A stretch of DNA of 64,000 bases from Octopus vulgaris (Eukaryota): the NCBI GenBank assembly GCA_951406725.2, contig OX597818.1, positions 93,000,001-93,064,000 on the forward strand, in the 5' to 3' direction. Shown piece by piece: positions 12,851-24,065 of the stretch (its first letter is position 1; each line of letters starts with the position of its first letter). Position numbers and translations under genes: made by a program. Under the pieces are notes generated by a model. That model was given only the letters and a program-made list of their open reading frames with translations. It did no database searches and was not told the DNA's origin.

Positions 12851-13766
12851 ACAAGTGGTTGTATGTGTATGCTTCATTATTGTTGATATATGTGTATGTG
12901 TGTATCTTTTACTTTTTTCAGTCATTGGACTGCTATTATCCTGGATTACTACCTTAATCTGTCAGTGTCTTTTGCTGAACTGCTAAATTGTTTTTTTGGC
13001 ATATACATATGCAAATACAGCAGGAATAGAGGTGATGTTACACTGTGTGGTTAAATGTCAAGTGAGACAAATGAGTTAACTGACCTGACAGCATCAATAA
13101 AAACAGTAAAAACAAGAGAGAGATAGACTTCAATGTGATGACTTGTGAATAGAAACATATCAATCAAGAGAACTGAGAAACTGTCAAGGTATAAAGACCT
13201 GACAAGACAGACATAAGTACAATGACACAAACCCTCCCCACCACCAGACATTCAATTCAGTGATGTCTAAAATATAGCACAGGGCTGACAGCTCTGTAGA
13301 GTATAGTTACATACAATTCTGTTCACTTCTAAATTTTCTATTACACATCACCATATGTCTATTCTCCATGCTAGCATGGGCCAGATGGAATATGTTGAGA
13401 TTTTCTACTGCTGGATGCTCTTCCCATCACCAATCTTCACTTGCTGCCATATCCATAGCCAGACATACATGCTTTTCATGGATGAACATCTTTGCTTTTA
13501 TGACAATAATACACATTTACAACCATTATGTGATATCTAGACAATGATACACATATTTAACCAGCTTCTTTCAGTTCCCATCTACCAAATCCACTCACAA
13601 GGCTTTGATTGATCCAGGGCTATATTAAAAGACAGCTTCATAAAGTGTTCTGCAGTGTTTGAAACCAAGACCACATGGAAGGGAAGTAAGCTTAACCACA
13701 GAGCCATGTCTAAACAAAAGTCTTGCACTGTAGCACCAGAACAGTCAAAACCTTGTGAGTGGAATT

Positions 13767-13962
13767 TTTTCTTCTTCTTGTCTTGAGAGAGCATTCACCC
13801 GGGGTGGGTTGAGCTGGCTTCATTCATTCTCAATGCAGCATCTCTCACAAACGCCAACCAGGCCTGGGCAATTTGAGGCTGACGACCGCGTGATCTCCAA
13901 CCACTCCCTATTCCATCAGCGAATGCCGTAGACATGGGGGCCTAGGTTGGGTTCCAGATCAG
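13767..13962 (-). mobile_element. 5'-truncated RTE-clade LINE 3' end inserted into a SINE
   Basis: 16-bp TSD CCTTGTGAGTG(G/A)AATT at 13751-13766 and 13963-13978. The minus-strand translation is DLEPNLGPHVYGIR*WNREWLEITRSSASN/QAWLAFVRDAALRMNEASSTHPG*, followed by a CAAGAAGAAGAAAA tail. Confidence 0.8.
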
Positions 13963-14795
13963 CCTTGTGAGTGAAATTGGTAGACAGAAACTGAAAGAAG
14001 CCTGTCGTGTGTGTATATATGTACATGTCTGTCATCATCATCATTCAATGTCCATTGTCCATGCTAACATGGGTTGGATGGTTTGACATGGAACTGGCCA
14101 GTCAGGGAGCTGTCCTGTCTCCATTTGTCTGTTGTGGCATGGTTTCTACAGCAGTATTTTTTCAGTTTGACATCATCCCTACTGCTAACACTAAACTCTA
14201 ATGTGAAAGTGACATTTGTTGCTCAAGCAGACTTATACAAACAATTAAACTTTGCCTGCAGAAAATTGACGAATGTCAAAAGAAATACAAAGGAACTGGA
14301 GACAAACATTGCAACTTGATACCACACCTCAAATTTTAGTTTCAAATACTAACTTAATAATTACAAAATCTTTTTACTAAATTCATTGCAGCATATTTCA
14401 ATAGAAACATGGTAACAAAAAGAGTTTTAAAAATACATTAGCGTACAGAAAGACTTCCTATTATTTTTGTCAATTTTTCTGTGCTGACAATATAGCAGCC
14501 ATCTATCACTCACTTTCTACAGCAGATCTGTTTTTACATTTGAAGGTGTATACAATCCAGCAACATACTATTCTGTTGAGGTTTTGGGTGACTGTTTTAT
14601 GATTAATCATAACAACCATAGTTTTTCTTTTGTCCTCATTAGTTTCAGTCTGAATATGCAAGACAAATCAAAACAGACAGACACATATACACATTGAGAG
14701 AGATTGTCTTCTTTCCTAGGTTCACAGTTTCCCATCCCAACACAGAAAACTGAGGATTCTGTTAGGAAAATAAAGAAATATGAAAAGCACAAACA

Positions 14796-15180
14796 GGCAC
14801 AGGAGTGGCTGTGTGGTAAATAGCTTGCTTACCAACCACATAGCTCCCGGTTCAGTCCCACTGTGTGGTACCTTGGGCAAGTGTCTTCTACTATAGCTTT
14901 GGGCCGACCAAAATTTTGTGAGTGGATTTGATAGACGGAAACTGAAAGAAGCCCATCGTATATATGTATAAGTATATATATGTGTCTGTGTTTGTCCCCG
15001 CTAACATCGCTTGACAACTGATGCTACTGTGTTTACGTCCCCGTAACTTAGCGGTTCAGCAAAAGAGACCAATAGAATAAGTACTAGGCTTACAAAGAAT
15101 AAGTCCTGGAGTCGATTTCCTCAACTAAAGGCGGTGCTCCAGCATGGCCGCAGTCAAATGACAAACAAGTAAAAGAGTAA
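14796..15180 (+). mobile_element. SINE family A, full length
   Basis: Same head and tail as the 4944 copy. Confidence 0.92.
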
Positions 15181-15757
15181 ATATATTTAAGTAAACACTT
15201 AATATTAAACTCTTCAGTGGTTTAAATCACGAGGCCAGACTTTACAATGAGACCCAGTGGTAGTTATTCTATGAATCTCAATTAATCTACTCAAGAGATA
15301 ACCCCATGGACTTGATATGGGTCATATAAGAAAGCACACCCAACTACAATATAAGAACATTTTCAAACCAAGTTCAATATGTGAAGATAAAAAGAAAAGA
15401 AAATCTTGAATAAATAAAACCACCGATCTACTCTAGCATTGATTTTAAAATGGAATATAAGTGATGGTAGTTAAAAGAGTGATAAGTCTAAAACAGTGCT
15501 AATCAACTTTTTTTTTTGTTCACTGTTCCTTCCTCAAAAATGTGAACCCCACCATGAATGGACAAAGTAAATAATCTTTTACTCTTTTACATGTTTCAGT
15601 CACTGAACTGCAACCATGCTGAGGCACCAGTTTGAAGGGTTTAGTCAATCAAGTTGATTCCAGTTTTTGTTTTTTTAAAGTCCATTTCTTATTATGGAAG
15701 TTTCTTTTGCCAAACTGTTAATTTACAGGCACATAAATGAACCAATACCAGTTGTCA

Positions 15758-16600
15758 AGTATGGGTTGGAGGAACAAATGCACACACACACACACGTTTC
15801 CACAAAACACACACACAGTGTCCACAAAACACACACACAGTTTCCACAAAACACACACACAGTTTCCACAAAACACACACACACACACAGTTTCCACAAA
15901 ACACACACACACAGTATGGGTTGGAGGAACAAATACACACACACACACACGTTTCCACAAAACACACACACAGTGTCCACAAAACACACACACAGTTTCC
16001 ACAAAACACACAGACAGTTTCCACAAAACACACACACACAGACAGTTTCCACAAAACACACAGTTTCCACAAAACACACACACACACAGTTTCCACAAAA
16101 CACACACACACAGTTTCTACAAAACACACACACACAGTTTCCACAAAACACACACACACAGTTTCCACAAAACACACACACACACAGTTTCCACAAAACA
16201 CACACACACACAGTTTCCACAAAACACACACACACACAGTTTCCACAAAACACACACACACACAGTTTCCACAAAACACACACACACACAGTTTCCACAA
16301 AACACACACACAGTTTCCACAAAACACACACACAGTTTCCACAAAACACACACACACAGTTTCCACAAAACACACACACACAGTTTCCACAAAACACACA
16401 CACACAGCTTCCACAAAACACACACACACAGTTTCCACAAAACACACACACAGTTTCCACAAAACACACACACACACAGTTTCCACAAAACACACACACA
16501 GTTTCCACAAAACATACACACACACAGTTTCCACAAAACATACACACACACAGTTTCCACAAAACATACACACACAGAGTTTCCCAAAAACACGCACACA
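15758..16600. repeat. Compound minisatellite GTTTCCACAAAA(CA)n, about 30 units, inside a minus-strand family A SINE
   Basis: Constant 12-nt core with variable CA spacer. AGTATGGGTTGGAGGAACAAA is duplicated at about 15758 and 15913. SINE sequence flanks both sides (15575-15757 and 16600-16645). Confidence 0.92.
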
Positions 16601-17459
16601 GAGTTGCCATCTACCAAATTCCCTCAAAGCATCGGTCAGCCCAGAAAATTCAGCCAGCCTGCAGAGAAGAGATGTAAAACGATCATCATCATCATGATCA
16701 TGACCACAACGACGACGATGTTGATGACAACTTAATTATCCTATGTTTACAAAAGTATAAAATGTTTGATTTACTTCATAATGATTTTTTTTTTTGCTAA
16801 GCAAAGAACAAAAAAACATTTATCTTGCATGATCTAATGATGTCAGGGAAAGGAAATAACAAAATATCAGATAAAAAAAATCAAAACAAACAAATTGTCA
16901 CCAGAAAAAAAAAAAAAGCAAAATCAAATGTTCCAGTTCTTATGTAAAAACATAAATATTCATTAATGCTCTCTAACAAGAACAGATACACACACAACAC
17001 AGAAAAGACTGCCTTACAATTTCCCTTGCTTTGTATTTTGGCAATCTGACAAACTGTTTCAAATAATATATATATAAATAACCATCATAATCATCATTAC
17101 AACAACAATACTAAATAGATGTAGCTAAACTAATAACATCTAACTTATGTTAGATGCAACCATCAGTCAACATTCTACTCAATTCTTTAGCAGATTACTT
17201 TTCACTATAAGAACACCTACACAATCTTGTTTTTACTCATGGTGGTTGTTTATCATTCAGGCTTGAAAATTATCACTAGAAGTTGGCTGATGGGGCATTT
17301 CATTTGAAAACAGAAAAGTCTTAGTTCAAAATTCTAGTTCCACCCACTCAGTAATTGTTGGCAAAGAGAATAAAACTTCTGCAGTAAACAAATTACAGAT
17401 TCATAGGATTTCTTGCCGTTGTATTTCTCTATCTATCTATTGCTTTCTTTTAATAATTC

Positions 17460-17790
17460 ATTCTATTTTGGCACAAGGCTAGCAATTTTGAGAGGAGGTG
17501 GATGTCAGTTACATGACTCCAGTTTTCAACTCATAATTATTTCATTGACCTCTAAAGGATGAACAGAAAATTCAACCTCAACAGCATTTGAACTCCAAAC
17601 AAAGCCAGAAGTACTACTCTGCATTTTATCCAATATGCTAACAATTCCGCCAGCTCACAACTCTAATAACAATAATCCTTCCTACTAAAAGCATAAGAAT
17701 TGGAATTTTGTAGGAGGGACTAGTCAATTGCACTGACCCCAGCGTTCAACTAATACTTATGTTGTCAACCTTGAAGGGATGAAAAGCAAA
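17460..17790 (-). mobile_element. Two tandem decayed family B SINEs
   Basis: Reverse-complement similarity to the 48251 copy. Confidence 0.65.
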
Positions 17791-18223
17791 GTTTCTTGAA
17801 CAATATAGTGTAGTGGATGTGAGATAAATGTACATGGATAGCACAACACTAAGGCAGCCAACTCACCAACAAGATATCTGACACTTAAGCCCCAAAGCTA
17901 AGTAACCTGAAGTATGTGAAATTAAATTTACAGTCCAGAAACATGACAATATTTACAGGGAGGGATTCTAACACAAAGACCTATGGAGCTTGGAGTGCAA
18001 TAACTTATTTCACTCAGACATTATGCTTCAGATCTATTCACAAGAACCACTTCCAAGTGAAAAACAGGAAGCAAACATACTACTGTAGAGTCACACTGGT
18101 GCTAACCCATCATGATATATTAGGCAACTATTACAAAAATTTCACGCTTTGATACAAACTTTTCTTACCTATTTCAACAATCCTCAACCATAACTCCCCG
18201 AACGCAAAACTCTCATAATTCCT

Positions 18224-18540
18224 AGCTAGTGGTTCCCAGGAAGCTGCAGTTTCCTGGATCTGCTGTTGAATCAGCCTCCACTATTGACTCCACCTTCTTT
18301 CTAGCTGGCATTCAGATTACTCTGTCAAATATAATGCTTATTTATTCAAATTGTTCTCAATAATCATGTATTATCTTGTAGTGAAAGAAAGAAGGTAGAG
18401 TCAATAGTGGAGGCTGATTCAACAGCAGATCCAGGAAACTGCAGCTTCCTGGGAACCACTAGCTGGCATTCAGATTACTCTGTCAAATATAATGCTTATT
18501 TACTCAAATTGTTCTCAATAATCATGTATTATCTTGTAGT
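18224..18540. repeat. Fold-back rearrangement A'-B-A-B
   Basis: 18224-18302 is the reverse complement of 18386-18464 (79 nt, 1 mismatch). 18301-18382 is directly repeated at 18459-18540 (82 nt, 1 mismatch). A further copy of A lies at about 19309-19385. Confidence 0.92.
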
Positions 18541-18681
18541 TTCAAGACTTTGATGATATGACTACATATTTTTAGAATGATATTGTAGAGTAGGTGTGAG
18601 AGATGGGATCTGGCTGATTTGAGTGTAAAACAGGTAGAATATTTGCATTGGAAATGGTCAGTTTAAATGCTAAAAGGTTAA
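18465..18681. mobile_element. TTAA-ended MITE (piggyBac-type), family 2, with a disrupted left end
   Basis: GCATTCAGATTACTCTGTCAAAT...TTTAAATGCTAAAAGGTTAA. Same family at 37072-37349 and, reversed, at about 23730-24250. Confidence 0.7.
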
Positions 18682-19223
18682 ACATTTTGGAAACCTCACA
18701 AAAAAGACAAAACAAAAAAAAAATGAATAAATACATTTGGACAAGTTGACTCATCCAACACTATCAAACGAAAACAAATACTTCTTATAACATTAATAAC
18801 AATAGTTTTGCATGCACTGCTCAACAGAAGCAGGTGATCGATAAAGGCTCGCTCACAGAAAAAAAGAAATGGGATATATTATAAGGAGTACATTCAGAAA
18901 TAGCAGGGAAGAAAATAATGTGCCTGTCTGGGAGAGAGTGCATGGAAGTATAAGGTGAGAAGCAAGGTGAGTTTGGTGCACAACACACCTGTCCACAGAC
19001 TGGTTGCTATTAGGATGATGGAATACAATAGCACAATCACAGATATAAGTAGTTTTGTTGACTATTGACTTTATAAGCCAATATGGGCAGAGAAGGCTCA
19101 TGAAATAGCATGGCAAAAAAGTGGGGATCTGTATGATCATAACAAAGGAAGAACACAATGCTATCCCAGAAATGTGTATCATTGTGATTGTAATTGAACA
19201 GGTGGTCAGAGAAGAATGCCTAA

Positions 19224-19258
<35 letters not shown>

Positions 19259-19689
19259 CTAAAAGCCACCTGAAGGCTTTCTTTTCAGAGGAACTGGGAA
19301 ATCAGGGGAAGAAAGGTGGAGTCAATAGTGAAGGCTGATTCAACAGCAGGTCCAGGAAACTGCAGCTTCCTGGGAACCACAAGCTGCAGTGCCAAGGATA
19401 AAAGGAAAAAAAAAATTACCTTATCTTAGATGTCAGGAGCTGACAATCAGGAGACTGAAGGATCTCCTTCAAACAATACCACACCATCATTTAGCAATGA
19501 TGGGGAAAACTGAGGAGTGGGTGGGGTGGAAAATAATAGAGACACTGAGGATAAAGAGAAAATAAACCTACATTGAAGGCATGTAAAACACAGTTCATTG
19601 AACAGCCAACAAAGGATTAATGAATGTATTGAATGAACTAACAACAGAAATAGGAAACAATGCAATGATTGAGAATCGAATAAGCTCCA

Positions 19690-20090
19690 AATTTGTAGAA
19701 CATTCTGAGCTCAAATTCCGCCAAGGCTGACTTCACCTTTCATCCTTTCAGGGTCAATAAAATAAGAACCAGTTGAAGACTGGGGTCCATGTAATTGACT
19801 CATCCCCTCCCCCAAAATTGCTACCCTTGTGTCAAAGTTTGAAACCATTATTATTACCATGAGCTGGCAGAATCATTAGCATGCCAGATGATATGCTTAG
19901 TTGTATTTCATCTGTTTTTACATTCTGAAATCAAAATCTGCTGAGGTGGACTTGGCTTTTCATCCTTTTGGAATCAATAGAATAAGAACCAGTTGTACAC
20001 TGGGGTTGATATAATTGACTAGTCTCCTCACCAAAAATTTCAGGCCTCATGCCTATTGTAGAAAGGATTATTATTATTATTATTATTATA
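19690..20090 (+). mobile_element. Two tandem family B SINE copies with an (ATT)n tail
   Basis: TTCTGAGCTCAAATTCCGCC...CTTTCATCCTTT motif occurs twice. Confidence 0.75.
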
Positions 20091-20276
20091 AAAGAGAACG
20101 GACAGCTATCACATGAAAAGTTGGATTTTACCACAATTTATCTAATGAAGGAAAAGACTTATTTTTCTTTATTTTATAAATCAAGAAATTCTGGAACTTT
20201 TGGACATTTACCCTTTTACCTGGGATAGAAGAAAGTACTGTCTTTTGGATGGATATACTTATTTTTTATTCTTTAT

Positions 20277-20424
20277 TTATTCTTATTTTTGTTTCAGTCA
20301 TTTGACTGTACCCATGCTGGAGCACCATCTTTAGTTGAACAAATTGACCCCAGGACTTAGAATAAGTACTAGGCTTACAAAGACTAACAGTCTCTTTTGT
20401 CAGTTGTCGGAGGACAAACATATA

Positions 20425-20464
<40 letters not shown>

Positions 20465-20633
20465 TATATACAATGGGCTTCTTTCAGTTTCCATCTATCA
20501 AATCCACTCACAAGGCCTTGGTCAGCCCAAGGCTATAATAGAAGACACTTGACCAAGGTGCCACGCAGTGGGACTGAACTCAGAACCATGTGGTTGGTAA
20601 GCAAGCTACTTACCACACAGCCACTCCTGCACC
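20277..20633 (-). mobile_element. SINE family A, minus strand, internally rearranged
   Basis: Head revcomp CTTACCACACAGCCACTCCTGCACC at 20609-20633. A short plus-orientation piece AGAATAAGTACTAGGCTTACAAAGA lies at about 20359-20383. Confidence 0.85.
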
Positions 20634-21306
20634 TATTTATTTATTTTTTTTAGAAATTGCTGTGTATTAATTGTTTAAGATGGTTTCTTCTGGGGTAGCA
20701 GTAAGAGGTGCTAGTTATAAGTGTGAAACAAACAAATGATACACTTAGAAGAATTTTAATAAAAAATCTTTTAAATAACAAAGTTTGAAAAAACAAAACA
20801 ATTATAAATAGAGATAACAATTTGAAACATACACAGAAAAAATAAAGTCACTTCCACAAAAACTTTTACAAACAGACTCACTCACACACCATGAGGTACA
20901 TAAGTGTTAAAAACAGAAAGAAAACCATTTTGCTAGTATTACAAGTGGCAGAGAGAAAATTGAACACAAGCCAACTCCCAAACACAAAAAGTATAGGATA
21001 GGTAAGTTACAGGGGATAAAGTGCTCTTGCTTGGGGAAATTAATATCCAAGGAGAGAGAGCAGTATAACTCTGTGTAGCTCAAAACTGAGGCTTCTATAT
21101 GTCCACAAAAGAACAGTTGAAAGAGACCCAGACTTGTATGCTTTCTTGAGTGATAGAACAACATACAGGCCATGTGCATGGTTCTCAAGACAAAGGAAGA
21201 AACAAGATGACAAGAAGAGAATTAAAGTATTGATGATGATGATGTAATTGTATTCATGAAAATATTATATTTGTATATATTCATCTAGAAGGTAATGAAT
21301 ATGAAG

Positions 21307-21637
21307 GCACATGGCTCAGTGGTTAGAGCGTCGAGCTTACGATCGCGAGGTTGTGAGTTCGAATCCAGAACCGGGCTGTGTGTTGTGTTCTTGAGCAAGA
21401 CACTTTATTTCACATTTCTCCAGTTCACTCAGCTATAGAAATGAGTTGCGATGTCACTGGTGCCAAGCTGTATCGGCCTTTGCCTTTCCCTTGGATAACA
21501 CTGGTGGCATGAAGAGGGGAGACCGGTATGCATAGGCGACTGCTGGTCTTCCACAAACAACCTTGCCTAGACTTGTGCCTCGGAGGCTAACTTTCTAGGT
21601 GCAATCCCTTGGTCAGTCATGACCGAAGAGGGTCTCA
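21307..21637 (+). mobile_element. tRNA-derived SINE, family C
   Basis: tRNA-like head GGCACATGGCTCAGTGGTTAGAGCG...GAGTTCGAATCC with A and B boxes, followed by a non-tRNA body (TTGAGCAAGACACTTTATTTCAC). No acceptor-stem closure or Pol III T-run terminator. Confidence 0.85.
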
Positions 21638-22604
21638 GTATTTAGAAGGTGAAATAGCAGAACCGTTAACATATAGGACAAAATGCTTAGCAGCATTTCT
21701 TCTAACACTTTCTGAGTTCAAATCCCGTGGTCAACTTTGTCTTTTGTCCCTTTAGGGTTGATAAAACATAATATCAGTCAAGTGCTAGGGTTGATATAAT
21801 CGACTTGTCTGTCTCCCCACCACTCAAATTACCGGCCTTGATCGCTGCTACAGACCAGTATCCCATTTCAGAGTGCTGGTCCATTGCAGGGGTCCACTGA
21901 TAACTTACATGCCATGGAAACTGAGTAACCAATCTTCAAGTATTCAAGACAAAAATATATATATAACAAATTCAAATGGACCCATACAAACATGGGAAAG
22001 GGGTCATTAAAACAATGACAATGATGATATATTTGCATGAATTCATTTGTTTGTGTTTATCTCACAATTTCTAATATAGTGTATCATATATTACACAATA
22101 TGTCTATTTTAATATAATGTATAATATTTTTACTTCACCCCTCACTCTAAAAAAAAAAAAGAAAAATGTAAATATCCTCACATGCCTTCTAACTCCATTG
22201 CAACATATTAAATGAAAAGGCTCCGGTGGCAAATAAAACAAACAGATTATTATTATTATTGATATTATTAATATTATTATTATTATTATTATAACAAATA
22301 GTTGTAGTAATATCAGTTAGCAGTAGTAATATCAATGTCACAATCTATGAATTCTCCTGCACTACATTCCTGGCAATAACATTAATTCCTCTTTAGCAAT
22401 TCCATTAAAATGTAACTATGGCTGGAATGTGAAAATATTGTAAGCAAGGTGTCAGATGCCTCAATATGTAAACTTGACCATCCAATTATTTTGGCAGAAT
22501 CAATAGAACTTTAAACAAAACATTTTGTGGTATTTTGGTTACATTCCTTTATAAACCAATTTCAAATCTCACCCACACACACGAGAGTCTGTAAGCAATG
22601 AAAT

Positions 22605-22830
22605 TTAACCTTTTTGATACCAACCTGCCCGCCTGAGACCGCCCTTAGTCTTATGATATAAACTTATTTTAATGAAATTTAAATTAAAACCTTCCATCAA
22701 AATTTCATGTCATGTTCCAAATACCAGCTTAACAATAACAAACTTATTGTCAAAATTCTGTGTAACTTGGCAAAATTCATTGAAATAAAAGTAGTGTATT
22801 TCAACAGAAATTTGGTAACAAAGAGGTTAA
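22605..22830. mobile_element. TTAA-flanked MITE (piggyBac-type), family 1
   Basis: TTAA-CCTTTTTGATACCA...TGGTAACAAAGAGG-TTAA terminal inverted repeats. Relatives at 12371-12560, 40190-40419, 45376-45586 and 46010-46350. Confidence 0.8.
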
Positions 22831-23177
22831 GAACTAGTCAACAAAATAAGTAGGGCAGGCTGATGTAAATTGACTGTGCATTTGATTACCAGTGCCCTAA
22901 TATGGCCACATTCCCAGGGCTGTAACCAGTAAAAGAAAAATATACCTAGACCTATCCTATCAAATAAGTGCCAATAGCCAGCGTTAACTACTTGACCAAA
23001 AGGGCACCCTGTCGCAACCCACAGCTAGACAGCAAAGTAAGGTAAGACTCCAACTAGCAGAAATAAGCCAGCAATGGCATGCTGAGGTGTTCATCCAGCA
23101 GTAGATAGTCAACAGCTGAAGGGAATGGATTTTCCTTTTTAAAAATACAGCGGGGTACAACGAGGGAATTTTAACTT

Positions 23178-23327
23178 GGTGTAGCTATGTAAGGAGCTTG
23201 CTTCCCAACCACAAGATTTGGGGTTCAGTCCCACTGCAGGGCAGCTTGAGCAAGTGTCTTCTTCTATAGCCTCAGGTTGATCCAAGCCTTGTGAATGGAT
23301 TTGGAAGATGAAAACCGAAAGAAGCTC

Positions 23328-23395
<68 letters not shown>

Positions 23396-23632
23396 ACATA
23401 TATCTGTGTATGTATCTTTGTGTCTGTGTTTCTCCTCCCACCACTGCTTCACAACCAGTGTTGGTGTGTTTATGTCCCTATAACTCAGCAGTTCAGCAAA
23501 AGAGACTGATAGAATAAGTAACAAGCTATTAAAAAGCAAGTTCCAAGGTCGATACATTCAGCTAAAAATTCTTCAAGGCGGTGTCCCTGCATGGCCGCAG
23601 TCTAATGACTGAAATAAGTAAAAGATAAAAGA
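23178..23632 (+). mobile_element. SINE family A with a long (TA)n tract
   Basis: Family A body and tail; (TA)n at about 23329-23391. Confidence 0.85.
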
Positions 23633-23758
23633 TTATATATCTAGCAGGTCATGGGAAAACAAAAATATAACTTAGGCAGCTGATCAAGTGGTCGAGATTT
23701 GAGCACTTGATCAACTCTATTACTACAGTCCTTTGGCATTTAAACTGGTCCAAATATT

Positions 23759-24065
23759 TTTATGTTTGTTCCTTCTCAAGCCATGCCTGGCTCATAAGGG
23801 CCGGTTTCCCGGTTTCCTTGGCGTATAGGTTCCCCACCTGGACGGGACGCCGGTCCATCGCAGGTGAGCTGCAAGATGCAGGAAGAAAGAATGGGAAAAA
23901 TTGGTGGCAAAAGAGTCAGCAGAAGTTCGCCATTACCTTCTGCCAAAGCTGCGTGGAGCTTAGGTGTTTTGCTCATAAACACACACATCATCCGGTCTGA
24001 CATTTGAACCTGCAATCCCCCAACTGCGAGTTCGCTGCTCTACCCACTAGGCCATGTGCCTCCAC
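23759..24065 (-). mobile_element. tRNA-derived SINE, family D, nested in a reversed MITE
   Basis: Minus-strand head GTGGAGGCACATGGCCTAGTGG. TSD TGGTCCAAATATT at 23746-23758 and 24066-24078. Confidence 0.85.

Larger units (their letters stand above)
11664..12989. repeat. Inverted repeat pair 11664-11800 / 12851-12989 bracketing the PH exon
   Basis: The arms are reverse complements apart from a few substitutions and a 2-nt indel. They share a deletion relative to other family A copies and share non-SINE flank. Confidence 0.9.

Noticed and set aside
15797-16600. CRISPR-like repeat-spacer appearance
   Set aside because: The spacers are only (CA)n, the core is 12 nt, there are no cas genes, and the context is eukaryotic.
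15694-16735. Long ORFs of 129-332 aa in all six frames
   Set aside because: They are translations of a stop-free GTTTCCACAAAA(CA)n minisatellite and show no protein-like complexity.
21307-21380. tRNA gene
   Set aside because: It has A/B boxes but continues into a SINE body with no acceptor-stem pairing or terminator, so it is a SINE head.
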